Shown: positions 34,442 through 44,851 of the stretch, piece after piece
Layout: every line of letters begins with the position of its first letter
How positions within the stretch are numbered: position 1 is the stretch's first letter
Source: Escherichia coli
GTDB taxonomy: Bacteria > Pseudomonadota > Gammaproteobacteria > Enterobacterales > Enterobacteriaceae
NCBI RefSeq assembly: GCF_003334405.1
Contig: NZ_QOWM01000002.1
Length of the DNA: 64,000 bases
Direction: 5' to 3' (one strand)
The notes under the pieces: model-generated
Database searches by the model: none
What the model saw: only the letters and a program-made list of their open reading frames with translations
What the model was told of the DNA's origin: nothing
Translations under genes and position numbers: made by a program

Positions 34442-36736
34442 ATGAAGGTAGATATTGATACCAGCGATAAGCTGTACGCCGACGCATGGCTTGGCTTTAA
34501 AGGTACGGACTGGAAAAACGAAATTAATGTCCGCGATTTTATTCAACATAACTATACACCGTATGAAGGCGATGAATCTTTCCTCGCCGAAGCGACGCCT
34601 GCCACCACGGAATTGTGGGAAAAAGTAATGGAAGGCATCCGTATCGAAAATGCAACCCACGCGCCGGTTGATTTCGATACCAATATTGCCACCACAATTA
34701 CCGCTCATGATGCGGGATATATTAACCAGCCGCTGGAAAAAATTGTTGGCCTGCAAACGGATGCGCCGTTGAAACGTGCGCTACACCCGTTCGGTGGCAT
34801 TAATATGATTAAAAGTTCATTCCACGCCTATGGCCGAGAAATGGACAGTGAATTTGAATATCTGTTTACCGATCTGCGTAAAACCCATAACCAGGGCGTA
34901 TTTGATGTTTACTCACCGGATATGCTGCGCTGCCGTAAATCTGGCGTGCTGACCGGTTTACCAGATGGCTATGGCCGTGGGCGCATTATCGGTGACTATC
35001 GCCGCGTAGCGCTGTATGGCATCAGTTATCTGGTACGTGAACGCGAACTGCAATTTGCCGATCTCCAGTCTCGTCTGGAAAAAGGCGAGGATCTGGAAGC
35101 CACCATCCGTCTGCGTGAGGAGCTGGCAGAGCATCGTCATGCGCTGTTGCAGATTCAGGAAATGGCGGCGAAATATGGCTTTGATATCTCTCGCCCGGCG
35201 CAGAATGCGCAGGAAGCGGTGCAGTGGCTCTACTTCGCTTATCTGGCGGCAGTGAAATCGCAAAATGGCGGCGCGATGTCGCTGGGCCGCACGGCATCGT
35301 TCCTCGATATCTACATTGAGCGCGACTTTAAAGCTGGCGTACTCAATGAGCAGCAGGCACAGGAACTGATCGATCACTTCATCATGAAGATCCGTATGGT
35401 ACGCTTCCTGCGTACACCGGAATTTGATTCGCTGTTCTCCGGCGACCCAATCTGGGCGACGGAAGTGATCGGCGGGATGGGGCTGGACGGTCGTACGCTG
35501 GTGACCAAAAACTCCTTCCGCTATTTGCACACCCTGCACACTATGGGGCCGGCACCGGAACCTAACCTGACCATTCTTTGGTCGGAAGAATTACCGATTG
35601 CCTTCAAAAAATATGCCGCGCAGGTGTCGATCGTCACCTCTTCCTTGCAGTATGAAAATGACGATCTGATGCGTACTGACTTCAACAGCGACGATTACGC
35701 GATTGCCTGCTGCGTCAGCCCAATGGTGATTGGTAAGCAAATGCAGTTCTTTGGTGCACGCGCTAACCTGGCGAAAACGCTGCTCTACGCAATTAACGGC
35801 GGGGTGGACGAGAAGCTGAAGATTCAGGTCGGGCCGAAAACAGCACCGCTGATGGACGACGTGCTGGATTACGACAAAGTGATGGACAGCCTCGATCACT
35901 TCATGGACTGGCTGGCGGTGCAGTACATCAGCGCGCTGAATATCATTCACTACATGCACGACAAGTACAGCTACGAAGCTTCGCTGATGGCGCTGCACGA
36001 TCGTGATGTCTATCGCACTATGGCATGCGGCATCGCGGGCCTGTCGGTGGCGACGGACTCCCTGTCTGCCATCAAATATGCCCGCGTGAAACCAATCCGT
36101 GACGAAAACGGCCTGGCGGTGGACTTTGAAATCGACGGTGAATATCCGCAGTACGGCAACAACGACGAGCGCGTAGACAGCATTGCCTGCGACCTGGTTG
36201 AACGCTTTATGAAGAAAATTAAAGCGCTGCCAACCTATCGCAACGCCGTCCCTACCCAGTCGATTCTGACTATCACTTCTAACGTGGTGTACGGCCAGAA
36301 AACCGGTAATACGCCGGACGGTCGTCGCGCCGGAACACCGTTCGCGCCGGGCGCTAACCCGATGCATGGTCGTGACCGCAAAGGTGCCGTGGCCTCATTG
36401 ACGTCGGTGGCGAAACTGCCGTTCACCTACGCCAAAGATGGGATCTCGTACACCTTCTCAATCGTTCCTGCGGCGCTGGGCAAAGAAGATCCAGTACGTA
36501 AAACCAACCTTGTCGGCCTGCTGGATGGGTATTTCCACCACGAAGCGGATGTCGAAGGCGGTCAACACCTCAACGTCAACGTAATGAATCGGGAAATGCT
36601 GCTGGATGCCATCGAGCACCCGGAAAAATATCCTAACCTGACAATCCGTGTCTCTGGCTACGCCGTGCGCTTCAACGCACTGACCCGTGAACAGCAACAG
36701 GATGTTATTTCACGTACCTTTACCCAGGCGCTCTGA
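34442..36736 (+). CDS. tdcE: 2-ketobutyrate formate-lyase / pyruvate formate-lyase (glycyl radical enzyme)
   Basis: 764-aa ORF; glycyl radical motif near the C-terminus (…[15 protein letters not shown]…). Confidence 0.95.
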   Translation: MKVDIDTSDKLYADAWLGFKGTDWKNEINVRDFIQHNYTPYEGDESFLAEATPATTELWEKVMEGIRIENATHAPVDFDTNIATTITAHDAGYINQPLEKIVGLQTDAPLKRALHPFGGINMIKSSFHAYGREMDSEFEYLFTDLRKTHNQGVFDVYSPDMLRCRKSGVLTGLPDGYGRGRIIGDYRRVALYGISYLVRERELQFADLQSRLEKGEDLEATIRLREELAEHRHALLQIQEMAAKYGFDISRPAQNAQEAVQWLYFAYLAAVKSQNGGAMSLGRTASFLDIYIERDFKAGVLNEQQAQELIDHFIMKIRMVRFLRTPEFDSLFSGDPIWATEVIGGMGLDGRTLVTKNSFRYLHTLHTMGPAPEPNLTILWSEELPIAFKKYAAQVSIVTSSLQYENDDLMRTDFNSDDYAIACCVSPMVIGKQMQFFGARANLAKTLLYAINGGVDEKLKIQVGPKTAPLMDDVLDYDKVMDSLDHFMDWLAVQYISALNIIHYMHDKYSYEASLMALHDRDVYRTMACGIAGLSVATDSLSAIKYARVKPIRDENGLAVDFEIDGEYPQYGNNDERVDSIACDLVERFMKKIKALPTYRNAVPTQSILTITSNVVYGQKTGNTPDGRRAGTPFAPGANPMHGRDRKGAVASLTSVAKLPFTYAKDGISYTFSIVPAALGKEDPVRKTNLVGLLDGYFHHEADVEGGQHLNVNVMNREMLLDAIEHPEKYPNLTIRVSGYAVRFNALTREQQQDVISRTFTQAL

Positions 36737-36749
36737 CGCCGGAGGATGT

Positions 36750-37139
36750 ATGAAAAAGATTATCGAAACGCAACGTGCCCCAGGCGCAATCGGCCCTTAT
36801 GTTCAGGGCGTTGATTTAGGCAGCATGGTCTTCACCTCCGGGCAAATACCGGTTTGCCCACAGACCGGTGAGATCCCGGCTGATGTGCAAGATCAGGCGC
36901 GTTTAAGCCTCGAAAACGTCAAAGCGATCGTGGTTGCTGCCGGGCTGAGCGTGGGCGATATCATCAAGATGACCGTGTTTATCACCGATCTGAATGATTT
37001 TGCCACCATCAACGAAGTCTATAAGCAGTTCTTCGATGAGCATCAGGCGACCTATCCGACCCGGAGCTGTGTGCAGGTCGCGCGTTTGCCGAAAGATGTG
37101 AAGCTGGAAATTGAAGCCATCGCAGTACGTAGTGCGTAA
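36750..37139 (+). CDS. tdcF: RidA-family enamine/imine deaminase
   Basis: Track ORF trimmed to ATG at 36750 (MKKIIETQRAPGAIGPYVQGVDLGSMVFTSGQIP...), 129 aa, YjgF/RidA fold. Confidence 0.9.
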   Translation: MKKIIETQRAPGAIGPYVQGVDLGSMVFTSGQIPVCPQTGEIPADVQDQARLSLENVKAIVVAAGLSVGDIIKMTVFITDLNDFATINEVYKQFFDEHQATYPTRSCVQVARLPKDVKLEIEAIAVRSA

Positions 37140-37210
37140 AGCCTCGTGAGCGGGACGGTCGTAAGGTCGTTCCGCTCCACTTCACTGAACGGCAATCCGA
37201 GGGTGTGGAT

Positions 37211-38575
37211 ATGATTAGTGCATTCGATATTTTCAAAATTGGGATTGGTCCCTCCAGTTCGCATACCGTGGGGCCAATGAATGCCGGAAAAAGTTTTATT
37301 GATCGGCTGGAAAGTAGCGGCTTATTAACCGCGACGAGCCATATTGTGGTCGATCTGTACGGGTCGTTGTCACTGACGGGCAAAGGCCATGCCACGGATG
37401 TCGCCATCATCATGGGACTGGCAGGAAACAGTCCGCAGGATGTTGTCATTGATGAGATCCCTGCATTTATAGAGTTAGTAACGCGCAGCGGGCGGCTGCC
37501 AGTGGCATCTGGTGCGCATATTGTTGATTTTCCTGTAGCAAAGAACATTATCTTCCATCCCGAAATGTTGCCTCGCCATGAGAACGGAATGCGGATCACT
37601 GCCTGGAAGGGACAGGAAGAGCTATTAAGTAAAACCTATTACTCTGTCGGCGGCGGGTTTATTGTCGAAGAAGAACACTTCGGCCTGTCGCACGATGTCG
37701 AAACGTCCGTACCTTACGATTTCCACTCAGCAGGTGAACTGCTGAAAATGTGTGATTACAACGGCCTGTCTATATCTGGTCTGATGATGCACAACGAGCT
37801 AGCGCTGCGCAGCAAAGCGGAAATTGACGCCGGTTTTGCCCGTATCTGGCAAGTGATGCATGACGGTATTGAACGTGGGATGAACACTGAAGGCGTGCTG
37901 CCTGGTCCGCTCAATGTGCCGCGCCGTGCCGTAGCGCTGCGTCGTCAGCTGGTTTCCAGCGATAACATCTCTAACGATCCGATGAATGTCATCGACTGGA
38001 TCAACATGTACGCGCTGGCGGTTAGTGAAGAAAACGCAGCTGGCGGGCGCGTGGTAACGGCACCGACTAACGGTGCGTGCGGCATTATTCCGGCAGTACT
38101 GGCTTATTACGATAAGTTCCGTCGTCCGGTAAACGAGCGGTCAATTGCCCGCTATTTTCTGGCCGCGGGGGCTATTGGCGCGCTGTATAAAATGAACGCC
38201 TCCATCTCTGGCGCGGAAGTCGGCTGTCAGGGGGAGATTGGCGTGGCCTGTTCAATGGCGGCGGCAGGGTTAACTGAACTACTGGGCGGCAGTCCGGCGC
38301 AGGTATGCAATGCGGCGGAAATCGCGATGGAGCATAACCTTGGGCTGACCTGCGATCCGGTTGCCGGACAGGTACAAATCCCGTGCATTGAACGTAATGC
38401 CATTAATGCCGTGAAAGCAGTAAACGCCGCGCGGATGGCGATGCGCCGCACCTCGGCACCGCGTGTTTCACTCGATAAAGTGATCGAGACGATGTATGAA
38501 ACCGGCAAAGATATGAACGATAAATACCGCGAAACATCACGCGGAGGACTGGCCATTAAAGTGGTCTGCGGCTGA
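37211..38575 (+). CDS. tdcG: L-serine dehydratase (iron-sulfur dependent)
   Basis: Track ORF starts at GTG; trimmed to ATG at 37211 ([23 protein letters not shown]...), 454 aa. Confidence 0.9.
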   Translation: MISAFDIFKIGIGPSSSHTVGPMNAGKSFIDRLESSGLLTATSHIVVDLYGSLSLTGKGHATDVAIIMGLAGNSPQDVVIDEIPAFIELVTRSGRLPVASGAHIVDFPVAKNIIFHPEMLPRHENGMRITAWKGQEELLSKTYYSVGGGFIVEEEHFGLSHDVETSVPYDFHSAGELLKMCDYNGLSISGLMMHNELALRSKAEIDAGFARIWQVMHDGIERGMNTEGVLPGPLNVPRRAVALRRQLVSSDNISNDPMNVIDWINMYALAVSEENAAGGRVVTAPTNGACGIIPAVLAYYDKFRRPVNERSIARYFLAAGAIGALYKMNASISGAEVGCQGEIGVACSMAAAGLTELLGGSPAQVCNAAEIAMEHNLGLTCDPVAGQVQIPCIERNAINAVKAVNAARMAMRRTSAPRVSLDKVIETMYETGKDMNDKYRETSRGGLAIKVVCG

Positions 38576-38599
38576 CATTGCTGTCAGCTTTCATCCTTG

Positions 38600-38625
38600 G
38601 GTGCACAAATGTGCACCTTTTTTTT
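38600..38625 (+). terminator. Intrinsic terminator at the end of the tdc operon
   Basis: ggtgcac-aaat-gtgcacc hairpin followed by eight T residues. Confidence 0.8.
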
Positions 38626-38849
38626 GTGATCTGCCGCAAATAGAGAATGAATATTCTCCTGCGATTAATTTAGTAGAAAATTCTTATCCATCTCCGTTAT
38701 TTCAAAGTCTTGATTGTGAAGATTTTCTCTGACCTCGCGCGTATCATTTCTTTATTCTAATAACTCGCCTGCAAAAACGTAGACCGCATATCGCCTTGAT
38801 GCGGCTCGGAAAAAAATAATAAGCCCTACAAAATATTGAGCGAGAAATT

Positions 38850-40181
38850 ATGGAAATTGCATCGAATAAAGGCGTCATTGCAGACGCTTCGACCCCGGCG
38901 GGTCGTGCTGGAATGAGTGAGAGCGAGTGGCGAGAAGCGATCAAATTCGACAGTACTGACACCGGCTGGGTGATTATGAGTATCGGGATGGCGATTGGCG
39001 CGGGGATTGTTTTTCTCCCGGTGCAGGTCGGTTTGATGGGATTGTGGGTATTTTTGCTCTCATCGGTGATTGGTTACCCGGCAATGTATCTGTTTCAGCG
39101 ATTGTTTATTAATACGCTGGCAGAATCACCAGAATGTAAAGATTACCCGAGCGTCATTAGCGGTTATTTAGGTAAAAACTGGGGCATCCTGTTAGGTGCG
39201 CTCTATTTCGTAATGCTGGTGATTTGGATGTTCGTCTATTCCACCGCCATCACCAACGATAGTGCTTCCTACCTGCATACCTTCGGCGTGACGGAAGGGT
39301 TGCTGTCAGACAGTCCCTTTTATGGTCTGGTACTGATTTGCATTCTGGTGGCGATCTCCTCACGCGGCGAGAAATTGTTATTCAAAATTTCGACCGGCAT
39401 GGTGCTGACCAAGCTGCTGGTGGTCGCGGCGCTGGGCGTGTCGATGGTGGGAATGTGGCATCTGTATAACGTCGGTTCGCTACCGCCGCTGGGGCTGCTG
39501 GTGAAAAACGCCATTATTACGCTGCCGTTTACCCTGACGTCGATTCTGTTTATCCAGACGTTAAGTCCGATGGTGATCTCTTATCGCTCGCGGGAAAAAT
39601 CAATTGAAGTGGCGCGGCATAAAGCATTGCGGGCAATGAATATCGCGTTTGGCATTTTGTTTGTCACCGTCTTTTTCTACGCCGTGTCGTTCACGCTGGC
39701 GATGGGACATGACGAAGCGGTAAAAGCCTATGAGCAGAATATTTCCGCGCTGGCGATTGCCGCACAGTTTATTAGCGGTGACGGCGCAGCGTGGGTGAAA
39801 GTGGTCAGCGTCATTCTCAATATCTTTGCTGTCATGACTGCATTCTTTGGCGTCTATTTAGGCTTTCGCGAAGCAACGCAAGGGATCGTAATGAACATCC
39901 TGCGTCGCAAGATGCCTGCCGAGAAGATTAACGAAAATCTCGTTCAGCGCGGCATCATGATTTTCGCCATTTTGCTGGCCTGGAGCGCCATCGTACTGAA
40001 CGCACCGGTGTTGAGCTTCACCTCTATCTGTAGCCCGATTTTCGGCATGGTAGGGTGCCTGATCCCGGCGTGGCTGGTTTACAAAGTACCAGCATTGCAC
40101 AAATACAAAGGGATGTCTCTGTACCTGATTATCGTCACTGGTTTGTTGCTGTGTGTTTCTCCGTTCCTAGCATTTTCTTGA
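38850..40181 (+). CDS. cyuP: Cysteine (serine-family) transporter CyuP (YhaO)
   Basis: 443-aa polytopic ORF MEIASNKGVIADASTPAGRAGMSESEWREAIKFDSTDTGWVIMSIGMAIGAGIVFLPVQ...; paralogous in architecture to TdcC. Confidence 0.85.
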   Translation: MEIASNKGVIADASTPAGRAGMSESEWREAIKFDSTDTGWVIMSIGMAIGAGIVFLPVQVGLMGLWVFLLSSVIGYPAMYLFQRLFINTLAESPECKDYPSVISGYLGKNWGILLGALYFVMLVIWMFVYSTAITNDSASYLHTFGVTEGLLSDSPFYGLVLICILVAISSRGEKLLFKISTGMVLTKLLVVAALGVSMVGMWHLYNVGSLPPLGLLVKNAIITLPFTLTSILFIQTLSPMVISYRSREKSIEVARHKALRAMNIAFGILFVTVFFYAVSFTLAMGHDEAVKAYEQNISALAIAAQFISGDGAAWVKVVSVILNIFAVMTAFFGVYLGFREATQGIVMNILRRKMPAEKINENLVQRGIMIFAILLAWSAIVLNAPVLSFTSICSPIFGMVGCLIPAWLVYKVPALHKYKGMSLYLIIVTGLLLCVSPFLAFS

Positions 40182-40208
40182 TTTACCTGAAATTTTAAGG
40201 TTTTTAAT

Positions 40209-41519
40209 ATGTTTGATTCGACTTTAAATCCGTTATGGCAGCGTTACATCCTCGCCGTTCAGGAGGAAGTAAAACCGGCGCTGGGATGTACTGAACCGAT
40301 TTCACTGGCGCTGGCGGCGGCGGTTGCTGCGGCAGAACTGGAAGGTCCGGTTGAACGTGTAGAAGCCTGGGTTTCGCCAAATCTGATGAAGAACGGTCTG
40401 GGCGTCACCGTTCCCGGCACGGGAATGGTGGGGCTGCCGATTGCGGCGGCGCTGGGGGCGTTAGGTGGAAATGCCAACGCCGGGCTGGAAGTGCTGAAAG
40501 ACGCAACAGCGCAGGCAATTGCCGATGCCAAAGCACTGCTGGCGGCGGGGAAAGTCTCCGTTAAGATCCAGGAACCTTGCGATGAAATCCTCTTCTCACG
40601 CGCCAAAGTCTGGAACGGTGAGAAGTGGGCGTGTGTCACCATCGTCGGCGGGCATACCAACATTGTGCATATCGAGACGCACGATGGTGTGGTGTTTACC
40701 CAGCAGGCGTGTGTGGCAGAGGGCGAGCAAGAGTCTCCGCTGACGGTGCTTTCCAGAACGACGCTGGCTGAGATCCTGAAGTTCGTCAATGAAGTCCCGT
40801 TTGCGGCGATCCGCTTTATTCTCGATTCCGCGAAGCTAAATTGTGCGTTATCGCAGGAAGGTTTGAGCGGTAAGTGGGGGCTGCATATTGGCGCGACGCT
40901 GGAAAAACAGTGCGAGCGCGGTTTGCTGGCGAAAGATCTCTCTTCATCCATTGTGATTCGTACCAGCGCGGCATCCGATGCGCGTATGGGCGGCGCTACG
41001 CTTCCGGCTATGAGTAACTCCGGCTCGGGTAACCAGGGGATTACCGCAACAATGCCTGTGGTGGTGGTAGCAGAACACTTCGGAGCGGATGATGAACGGC
41101 TGGCGCGTGCGCTGATGCTTTCGCATTTGAGCGCAATTTACATCCATAACCAGTTACCGCGTTTGTCTGCGCTGTGTGCCGCAACGACCGCAGCAATGGG
41201 GGCCGCCGCCGGGATGGCATGGCTGGTGGATGGGCGTTATGAAACCATCTCGATGGCGATCAGCAGTATGATCGGCGATGTCAGCGGCATGATTTGCGAT
41301 GGTGCGTCGAACAGCTGCGCGATGAAGGTTTCGACCAGTGCTTCGGCTGCGTGGAAAGCGGTGTTAATGGCGCTGGATGATACCGCCGTGACCGGCAATG
41401 AAGGGATTGTGGCGCATGATGTTGAGCAGTCGATTGCCAACCTGTGTGCGTTAGCAAGCCATTCGATGCAGCAAACGGATCGGCAGATTATCGAGATTAT
41501 GGCGAGCAAGGCCAGATAA
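40209..41519 (+). CDS. cyuA: L-cysteine desulfidase CyuA (YhaM)
   Basis: 436-aa [49 protein letters not shown]..., UPF0597-family with conserved Cys motifs. Confidence 0.85.
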   Translation: MFDSTLNPLWQRYILAVQEEVKPALGCTEPISLALAAAVAAAELEGPVERVEAWVSPNLMKNGLGVTVPGTGMVGLPIAAALGALGGNANAGLEVLKDATAQAIADAKALLAAGKVSVKIQEPCDEILFSRAKVWNGEKWACVTIVGGHTNIVHIETHDGVVFTQQACVAEGEQESPLTVLSRTTLAEILKFVNEVPFAAIRFILDSAKLNCALSQEGLSGKWGLHIGATLEKQCERGLLAKDLSSSIVIRTSAASDARMGGATLPAMSNSGSGNQGITATMPVVVVAEHFGADDERLARALMLSHLSAIYIHNQLPRLSALCAATTAAMGAAAGMAWLVDGRYETISMAISSMIGDVSGMICDGASNSCAMKVSTSASAAWKAVLMALDDTAVTGNEGIVAHDVEQSIANLCALASHSMQQTDRQIIEIMASKAR

Positions 41520-41540
41520 ACGCCAGGTTTTGGGGATCGT

Positions 41541-41644
41541 GCCGGATGCGATGCTGGCGCATCTTGTCCGGCCTACGGGTTGTTTAATTCGTTAATGTTG
41601 TTGGATTTTGTAGGCCGGATAAGGCGTTTTCGCCGCATCCGGCA
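41541..41644. repeat. REP/BIME element
   Basis: gccggatgcgatgctggcgcatcttgtccggcctac and inverted gtaggccggataaggcgttttcgccgcatccggca. Confidence 0.8.
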
Positions 41645-41652
41645 ACCTGTCT

Positions 41653-41817
41653 TTACGCGGTAGCTTCATCCTCGGCTAAACGCGTTTCAGCATCCGCGAC
41701 GATAGCTTCCAGCTCGCTCAACATCTCTTCATAGCCAAAATTTTTGGCGGTGCGAGCAGGTTCTTTCGCCACCACGGGCTTCACCGGCTGGCGCTTTTTG
41801 GCCAATTTTTTACTCAT
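41653..41817 (-). CDS. yhaL: Small protein YhaL (54 aa)
   Basis: Not in the ORF track (under 60 aa). Minus-strand reading gives MSKKLAKKRQPVKPVVAKEPARTAKNFGYEEMLSELEAIVADAETRLAEDEATA with an agggag Shine-Dalgarno 6 nt upstream of the ATG at 41817. Confidence 0.6.
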   Translation of the reverse strand: MSKKLAKKRQPVKPVVAKEPARTAKNFGYEEMLSELEAIVADAETRLAEDEATA

Positions 41818-41839
41818 CATCATCTCCCTGTAAAAACAA

Positions 41840-42541
41840 CTAGACAGGCAAATCTATCAGCAAAGCGCGCAGTGGGGAATCGGCAACCAGCGTAATGTTA
41901 GCCTCGTCACGAATAAACGCCCCATCACCGCAGGTCAGCGCCGCTTTCTCTTCATGATGCGTAAGCGCATGAAATTTCCCGTGAATCGATTGCAAATACG
42001 CGCGTGGCCCATGCAACTGGAAATTCGCACTTTCGCCTTTGTCGAGCACGATATGGTGCAGCCACACTTGCTGGCGTAATTGCAGGCTTCCCATCGCACC
42101 CTCTGGCGAGGCGATTAATTGCTGCTTGCCCATATTAAGCGCCAGCTTTTGAATCAGCGGATTCTCTCGCTGCGGGCAGGCGTCCAGCCAAAGCTGCATT
42201 CGCGTTAACGGTTTGTCTTTGCTGAGATTGTGTTCGCTATAGCTGACACCCGGCTGGGTAGAGAGCAGCAACGCCTCTCCGGCGCTGGCCTGAACATGAT
42301 TGCCTTCGCTATCGCGATACTCTGCTTCTCCATCCAGAATCACATTTAAAATATCGACTTTGGGATAGGTTCGCGGCTGAAAGGCGGCACCTGGGGCCAG
42401 CACTTCCTGGTTAAGCACACGCAGGGAGGCATAGCCTAACAATTTCGGGTCGAAGTAGTGTCCAAAGGAAAAAGTATACCGGGCCTGCAACCATCCGTAG
42501 TCTGCTTGTCCACACTGCCTGGCAGTTCGGGTAGTAATCAT
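41840..42541 (-). CDS. yhaK: Pirin-like bicupin protein
   Basis: 233-aa ORF MITTRTARQCGQADYGWLQARYTFSFGHYFDPKLLGYASLRVLNQEVL..., pirin N-terminal signature. Confidence 0.85.
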   Translation of the reverse strand: MITTRTARQCGQADYGWLQARYTFSFGHYFDPKLLGYASLRVLNQEVLAPGAAFQPRTYPKVDILNVILDGEAEYRDSEGNHVQASAGEALLLSTQPGVSYSEHNLSKDKPLTRMQLWLDACPQRENPLIQKLALNMGKQQLIASPEGAMGSLQLRQQVWLHHIVLDKGESANFQLHGPRAYLQSIHGKFHALTHHEEKAALTCGDGAFIRDEANITLVADSPLRALLIDLPV

Positions 42542-42645
42542 AATTCTTGACCTCTCTTTACTTCCTTTTATGGTAAGGGGCTGGACGCTACATTGTTAGC
42601 CAGATATTCTGCCCGGTATGTTCAAATTTCCTGAATGAGAACGAA

Positions 42646-43542
42646 ATGGCCAAAGAAAGGGCATTAACGCTGGAAGCACTACGGGTTATGGATGCGATCG
42701 ATCGCCGGGGCAGTTTTGCGGCGGCGGCGGATGAGCTGGGACGCGTGCCTTCCGCACTTAGCTACACCATGCAAAAACTGGAAGAAGAGCTGGATGTGGT
42801 GCTGTTTGACCGCTCGGGCCATCGTACCAAATTCACCAATGTCGGGAGGATGTTGTTGGAGCGAGGGCGCGTTTTGCTGGAAGCCGCAGATAAACTGACT
42901 ACTGATGCGGAAGCTCTCGCGCGCGGTTGGGAAACGCATCTCACCATTGTGACCGAAGCGCTGGTACCGACACCTGCCTTTTTCCCGTTAATCGACAAAC
43001 TGGCGGCAAAAGCCAATACCCAACTGGCAATCATCACAGAAGTGCTGGCGGGGGCGTGGGAACGGCTGGAGCAGGGGCGGGCGGATATTGTTATCGCGCC
43101 GGATATGCATTTTCGTTCCTCGTCGGAGATCAACTCGCGCAAGCTCTATACGTTAATGAACGTCTACGTTGCCGCGCCTGATCACCCGATTCATCAGGAG
43201 CCGGAACCGTTATCTGAAGTGACGCGTGTGAAATATCGTGGAATTGCGGTGGCGGATACCGCTCGTGAGCGCCCGGTGTTGACCGTACAGCTGCTGGACA
43301 AACAGCCGCGCTTAACGGTGAGCACGATTGAAGATAAACGTCAGGCATTACTGGCGGGGCTTGGCGTGGCGACGATGCCGTATCCTATGGTCGAAAAAGA
43401 TATTGCGGAAGGGCGGTTGCGTGTCGTCAGCCCGGAATCGACCAGCGAGATCGATATTATTATGGCCTGGCGTCGTGACAGTATGGGGGAAGCGAAATCC
43501 TGGTGTCTGCGGGAAATTCCCAAACTTTTTAACGGAAAATAA
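42646..43542 (+). CDS. yhaJ: LysR-type transcriptional regulator
   Basis: 298-aa ORF MAKERALTLEALRVMDAIDRRGSFAAAADELGRVPSALSYTMQKLEEELDVVLFDR..., divergent from yhaK. Confidence 0.85.
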   Translation: MAKERALTLEALRVMDAIDRRGSFAAAADELGRVPSALSYTMQKLEEELDVVLFDRSGHRTKFTNVGRMLLERGRVLLEAADKLTTDAEALARGWETHLTIVTEALVPTPAFFPLIDKLAAKANTQLAIITEVLAGAWERLEQGRADIVIAPDMHFRSSSEINSRKLYTLMNVYVAAPDHPIHQEPEPLSEVTRVKYRGIAVADTARERPVLTVQLLDKQPRLTVSTIEDKRQALLAGLGVATMPYPMVEKDIAEGRLRVVSPESTSEIDIIMAWRRDSMGEAKSWCLREIPKLFNGK

Positions 43543-43556
43543 TATTTATTATTGTT

Positions 43557-43582
43557 AATAAAAAGGGGCGAAATATCGCCCC
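43557..43582 (-). terminator. Intrinsic terminator after yhaI
   Basis: ggggcg-aaatat-cgcccc hairpin with a flanking A-run on the plus strand (U-tract on the minus-strand transcript). Confidence 0.6.
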
Positions 43583-43592
43583 AATTCTAAGA

Positions 43593-43949
43593 TTAATTTG
43601 AACCAAACTTCGGATCGTTTCCGTAACGATTGCTGCCAGAAGTACCTTCTGTGCAGAAAAAAACCAGAAGCACGAGCCAGCCAATAAACGGAACAAAAAA
43701 GAGCAAGGCCCAGGCACCTGAACGGTCGGTATCGTGTAAGCGACGGATAGCAAGCGCAAGGACGGGAAGGAAGGTTGCCAGCAAATAAAGCATAGACAGA
43801 TATGGAAGCTCCAGACCTAAAATCAATTGAATGACATTGATAATAGCGCCGACGATGGCGTTAATCAGAGTAAACATCCAGTACTCTTTACGACGTGCGC
43901 GACCAGAGAAACCAACATAATTTTTTAATACGGACAAATACCACTGCAT
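43593..43949 (-). CDS. yhaI: DUF805 inner-membrane protein
   Basis: 118-aa ORF MQWYLSVLKNYVGFSGRARRKEYWMFTLINAIVGAIINV...; paralogue of YhaH. Confidence 0.8.
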   Translation of the reverse strand: MQWYLSVLKNYVGFSGRARRKEYWMFTLINAIVGAIINVIQLILGLELPYLSMLYLLATFLPVLALAIRRLHDTDRSGAWALLFFVPFIGWLVLLVFFCTEGTSGSNRYGNDPKFGSN

Positions 43950-44190
43950 AAAAACATCCCTTTAATTAAAAGTGACGAAAGTCTATTCCGGGTATTGTGT
44001 AAATGCTATTCGTATCTTTCTTTTTCGGATGTTATAAAGGTTTTGATATTTAAGATAAATACATGGTTATTTTTTATAGGTAATTTATATAACGACATTG
44101 AAATATTTTAAATAAACATTAGTAAATTATTCATTCATCAACATAATGATAAAAGCCGGATGAGTCAGACATCCGGCGAGCAGATTTGTT

Positions 44191-44556
44191 TTAAGGTTCC
44201 AGTTTTGGATCTGGTCCAAAGCGGTTTTCGCCTGGCGTACCCGCCTGGCAGTTAAAGACGATGATAATAAGCCAGCCGATAAACGGGATTAAGAATAGCA
44301 GTGCCCACCACGCCGAGCGGTCGGTGTCGTGCAGGCGGCGGAACTGAACCGCCCACCACGGTAAAAACACCAGAATACCGTAGATTGTCGTCAGGATGCC
44401 TTCGCCACCAGCGCGTTGCCAGCCTAACATTTTATCCAGCAGCCCCAGCACGAACGTAAAGATGATGTTGACCAGAATAAACATCCAGTACTCTTTGCGC
44501 CGCGCACGACCCCGGAAACCGACATAATTTTTTAGTACTTTCAGATACCAGTCCAT
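44191..44556 (-). CDS. yhaH: DUF805 inner-membrane protein
   Basis: Track ORF trimmed to ATG at 44556 (MDWYLKVLKNYVGFRGRARRKEYWMFILVNIIF...), 121 aa. Confidence 0.8.
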   Translation of the reverse strand: MDWYLKVLKNYVGFRGRARRKEYWMFILVNIIFTFVLGLLDKMLGWQRAGGEGILTTIYGILVFLPWWAVQFRRLHDTDRSAWWALLFLIPFIGWLIIIVFNCQAGTPGENRFGPDPKLEP

Positions 44557-44697
44557 TTTTGCCTCAATTTTGCTCAATCACTTGTTTTTAAAGCAGCAAA
44601 TTAAGAATAGACGTGAATGAAATGGCAGTAAATATTCGTTCAAGGAATTAATAAAGTGCCGTGAAGGCGCGCTAAGACTGATGACAAGCGCAAAATC

Positions 44698-44798
44698 GCC
44701 AGATGCGCTACGCTTATCTGGTCTGCGCGGGTTATGCAATCTATTGAATGTACAATGTTTTGTATGTCAGATAAGGCGTTCATGCCACATCCGACATG
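44698..44798. repeat. REP-like palindromic units
   Basis: cgccagatgcgctacgcttatctggtctgcgcgg and gtcagataaggcgttcatgccacatccgacatg resemble REP half-sites. Confidence 0.5.
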
Positions 44799-44825
44799 AA
44801 CAACATGCACTTAGCTAATTATCAG

Positions 44826-44851
44826 AGGCACCTCGTAAGGTGCCTTTTTTT
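44826..44851 (+). terminator. Plus-strand-oriented intrinsic terminator overlapping the yqjG stop codon
   Basis: aggcacc-tcgtaa-ggtgcct hairpin followed by seven T residues on the plus strand; both flanking genes are on the minus strand. Confidence 0.5.

Noticed and set aside
44826-44851. The hairpin overlapping the yqjG stop as the yqjG terminator
   Set aside because: On the yqjG (minus) strand the hairpin is followed by CUGAUAAUUAGC rather than a U-tract, whereas on the plus strand it is followed by seven T residues; orientation favours a plus-strand transcript. Kept as a finding instead.
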